DNA of 64,000 nt, taken from positions 1,600,001 to 1,664,000 of the forward strand of contig OZ245056.1 in NCBI GenBank assembly GCA_965224705.1, read 5' to 3'. Both the position numbers and the translations under genes were made by a program. Positions 61,657 through 64,000 of this stretch are shown here, in pieces. This DNA is from Spirochaetaceae bacterium. GTDB taxonomy: Bacteria; Spirochaetota; Spirochaetia; DSM-2461. How positions within the stretch are numbered: the first letter of the stretch is position 1; every line of letters begins with the position of its first letter. The notes under the pieces were generated by a model. The model searched no databases. It was not told the DNA's origin and worked only from the letters and a program-made list of their open reading frames with translations.

Positions 61657-63183
61657 TCACCGTCGATTAATCGATGACTTCTCAGTCTGTCTTTGAACTG
61701 TCAGATTACCACGCCGGGGCTTCCAACGCAGAGAACGGAGCTTCCCAACCTGCAAAAGAGTGTTGACAGCAGCCTCGGCGTCCTCTAATTCCCATCCGTT
61801 CAGATGACCAAAACCCCATGTGTAATCAAGTCTCAGACGCAGTATTTCTGATGAACGTCGTCCAATGAGTATGCGGGCAGCATGACCTGCTTTGAAACGC
61901 CCCCTGTTCCTCTGGAAGAATTTTATTATAATAGCCTCTTCCGGCGGAGCATTCCAGAATTCTCCACTACAAACATCACAACCGCTGCAATCCTGCACCT
62001 CGATTCCCAGTGATGCCAGTAGAATTACCCGTCGGCATTGATGTTTATTGGAAGCATAATTCATCATGGAGGCCTGTCTGTCAGTTGAGTTTTTTACATC
62101 CTCCGGTGTCCAGATCAGCCATGAGTTTGCCCCCTTACCATCCCTTGATGCTCTACCGGATTCCTGGAGGTAGGCTGCAGTGGAACCAGGTGGAGCAAGA
62201 TGGATTACCGTGCGAACATCGGACTTGTCCACCCCCATTCCGTAAGCACAGGTGGCACAGAGAACACCATCTTTACTGTTTAGATACCATTTTTCCAGGC
62301 GGAGTTTCTCCTCGGTGGACATACCGGCATGGTAATATCGAATCTGATCATCCTGTAATCGAAAACGCAGAACAGAGGCGGCGAGTTGAACGGATGAGCG
62401 AGTTGGTCCGAATACAATAGCTGGTCTCTGTTCGCTTCGAATCAACTTCTCAAGAGAATGAAACCGACTCAGGGAGGGTAGAACACCGTAGCGGATGGTT
62501 GGTCTATCAGGATTGGCAAGAGCTTCCCGCGGTGATTCTCCATTGAACAGCAGTTCTGTAATTCGACCACGAGTATAATCACCAGCCGTGGCCGTGAGAG
62601 CTAAAACGGCCTGAGGATTCCATGCCTTTACCAGACTCCCCAACCCGGCGCAGGCAGGTCTGAAGGTTTCTCCCCACTGACTCACAGTATGAGTTTCATC
62701 CACAACTAGAAATGCCGGTTTAAGAGCTGTCAGACGCCTGGTAACGGCTGGTGACTGCAAAATCTCAGGGTTGGCCAGTACAATTCCTGTCTTTTGTGTT
62801 TCCAGGGCATTCCAGATCTTTTGCCGTTCACCTTTACTCTGTCCTCCCCTCAGACAAACCGATGAGATACTGGAATCCTTGAGTCGGCGTTCCTGGTCGG
62901 TCATGAGTGACAGGAGGGGGAAAACCGCAATGGTCAATCCTTGTATCATCACTGCCGGAAGCATCCAGCACAGACTCTTGCCGGCTCCAGTAGGGAGGAC
63001 AGCAATTTCTCTCAGCGGTTCAGGATTCTCATCGATGTTCGCCAGGGGATGAAAGGCATCCAGAACAGCTGCTATAATCAGTCTCTGCCATGGATAAGGG
63101 TACTTGATTCCAAAGACTTCCTGTGCGGTTTGAACCACGGGGTCATCGGCTGCGGTACATGGGGATTCTTCCTGATCGTCCAC
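61657..63183 (-). CDS. Second RecQ-family helicase (no HRDC)
   Basis: LPTGAGKSLC, VDE.H.VSQWG..FRP, YYHAG, AT.AYGMGVDK, QESGRA.RDG, CRR...C..CD.C. Confidence 0.88.
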   Translation of the reverse strand: MDDQEESPCTAADDPVVQTAQEVFGIKYPYPWQRLIIAAVLDAFHPLANIDENPEPLREIAVLPTGAGKSLCWMLPAVMIQGLTIAVFPLLSLMTDQERRLKDSSISSVCLRGGQSKGERQKIWNALETQKTGIVLANPEILQSPAVTRRLTALKPAFLVVDETHTVSQWGETFRPACAGLGSLVKAWNPQAVLALTATAGDYTRGRITELLFNGESPREALANPDRPTIRYGVLPSLSRFHSLEKLIRSEQRPAIVFGPTRSSVQLAASVLRFRLQDDQIRYYHAGMSTEEKLRLEKWYLNSKDGVLCATCAYGMGVDKSDVRTVIHLAPPGSTAAYLQESGRASRDGKGANSWLIWTPEDVKNSTDRQASMMNYASNKHQCRRVILLASLGIEVQDCSGCDVCSGEFWNAPPEEAIIIKFFQRNRGRFKAGHAARILIGRRSSEILRLRLDYTWGFGHLNGWELEDAEAAVNTLLQVGKLRSLRWKPRRGNLTVQRQTEKSSINRR

Positions 63184-63216
63184 ATAGGTTAAGACGAACT
63201 TGAGTGGTCTTTCTGT

Positions 63217-64000
63217 TCAATCAGTGGATGATTGATCCTGATTCTTAACATGAAGACCGCATTCCCGGAGGGTTTCAGCCTCCCACCACCAGCGGGCCAT
63301 TCTCTCATGTTCACCTGGACGCGATGCCCGGGTACATGGGGCACAGCCAATAGAGATATATCCCCTATCATGCAGTTTGTTATACGGCACATCATTGTTT
63401 CTGATGTAAGACCAGACACGATCCGATGTCCAGTTCAGTAATGGGTTGATTTTGATCAGCGGTTCTCCTGCTTCAGTTCTATGGCCTGTATCCAGTTCAG
63501 CGAGGGTCATATTCCCTCGGGTCGCCGGGCTTTGATCTTTTCGAAGGCCGGTAACCCAGGCCGGACAGCCTGTAAGAGCCCGCGTCAGGGGCTCAAGTTT
63601 CCTTATTCCGCAGCATTCTTCGTGACCGTCCCTGTAAAAACTATTCATCCCTTTCTCCTGGATAAAGGGCTCCAGAAGATGTGGGGAGGGGGTGAACACT
63701 TCCACCGTAATATTGTATTTCTCACGAACGAGGTCAATAAAATCATAGGTTTCCGGATGCAGACGACCGGTATCCAGGCAAAAAACTCTGAAAGGAGCTT
63801 TGTTCCTGACAGCCATATCAATGAGAATCACATCCTCAGCACCACTGAATGCAATGGAGAGTTTATGGTCGAACATGGCTTGAACTTCTGCCAGTATATC
63901 CCACGGTTCAAGGGTTTCATAATACTTCACGGCATTGGAGATGTCAAAATCGGTCGGGGAGTTTGCAGGAATCTGGCTGGTTTCTACCGTCTCAAGTTCC
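63217..64000 (-). CDS. cysH: Adenylyl-sulfate/phosphoadenylyl-sulfate reductase (CysH family, Fe-S type); frame open to the window edge
   Basis: AFSGAED, LDTGRL..ETY, CC..RK..PL, W.TGLR..QS..R, SIGC.PCT, ECGLH. Confidence 0.9.
   Translation of the reverse strand, partial: ELETVETSQIPANSPTDFDISNAVKYYETLEPWDILAEVQAMFDHKLSIAFSGAEDVILIDMAVRNKAPFRVFCLDTGRLHPETYDFIDLVREKYNITVEVFTPSPHLLEPFIQEKGMNSFYRDGHEECCGIRKLEPLTRALTGCPAWVTGLRKDQSPATRGNMTLAELDTGHRTEAGEPLIKINPLLNWTSDRVWSYIRNNDVPYNKLHDRGYISIGCAPCTRASRPGEHERMARWWWEAETLRECGLHVKNQDQSSTD

Noticed and set aside
1..64000. tRNA or rRNA genes
   Set aside because: No cloverleaf with T-loop/CCA context or rRNA-like stretch was recognised in the intergenic gaps by eye; tRNAscan-SE/barrnap would be needed to exclude them fully.

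Overview
This is a spirochaete (Spirochaetota) chromosomal segment, inferred from an FlcA-like flagellar collar gene, a stand-alone spirochaete-type EF-G and a mevalonate operon in Borrelia gene order. Bases 1-38200 are mostly housekeeping: murC, yicC, cmk, flcA, ilvE, ssb, fusA, a superoxide reductase-ferritin-rubredoxin cluster, aroC/aroK/engB, recQ, a complete six-gene mevalonate operon plus flavodoxin, pepP and ilvD. Bases ~38200-60450 are a plastic accessory region. It holds a 14-repeat InlB-B surface lipoprotein, nested IS5/IS630/integrase/IS256 remnants and a Bdr-like repeat protein. It also holds a tandem array of three 590-aa AAA-ATPase/PD-(D/E)XK paralogs that are patchwork mosaics of each other and are separated by a near-identical ~100-bp double-hairpin repeat. 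Further on are a complete class IIC group II intron sitting inside a palindrome-rich MITE, a fourth AAA-nuclease, Rpn fragments and several pseudogenes. The window ends with an ECF sigma factor, a second recQ and a CysH/APS reductase. The best non-ORF signals are the AAA-nuclease array and its spacer repeat, the intron-in-MITE composite, a core motif shared by two MITEs with different ends, and a candidate sigma28-driven small RNA upstream of the mevalonate operon. All calls are by eye; no searches were run.
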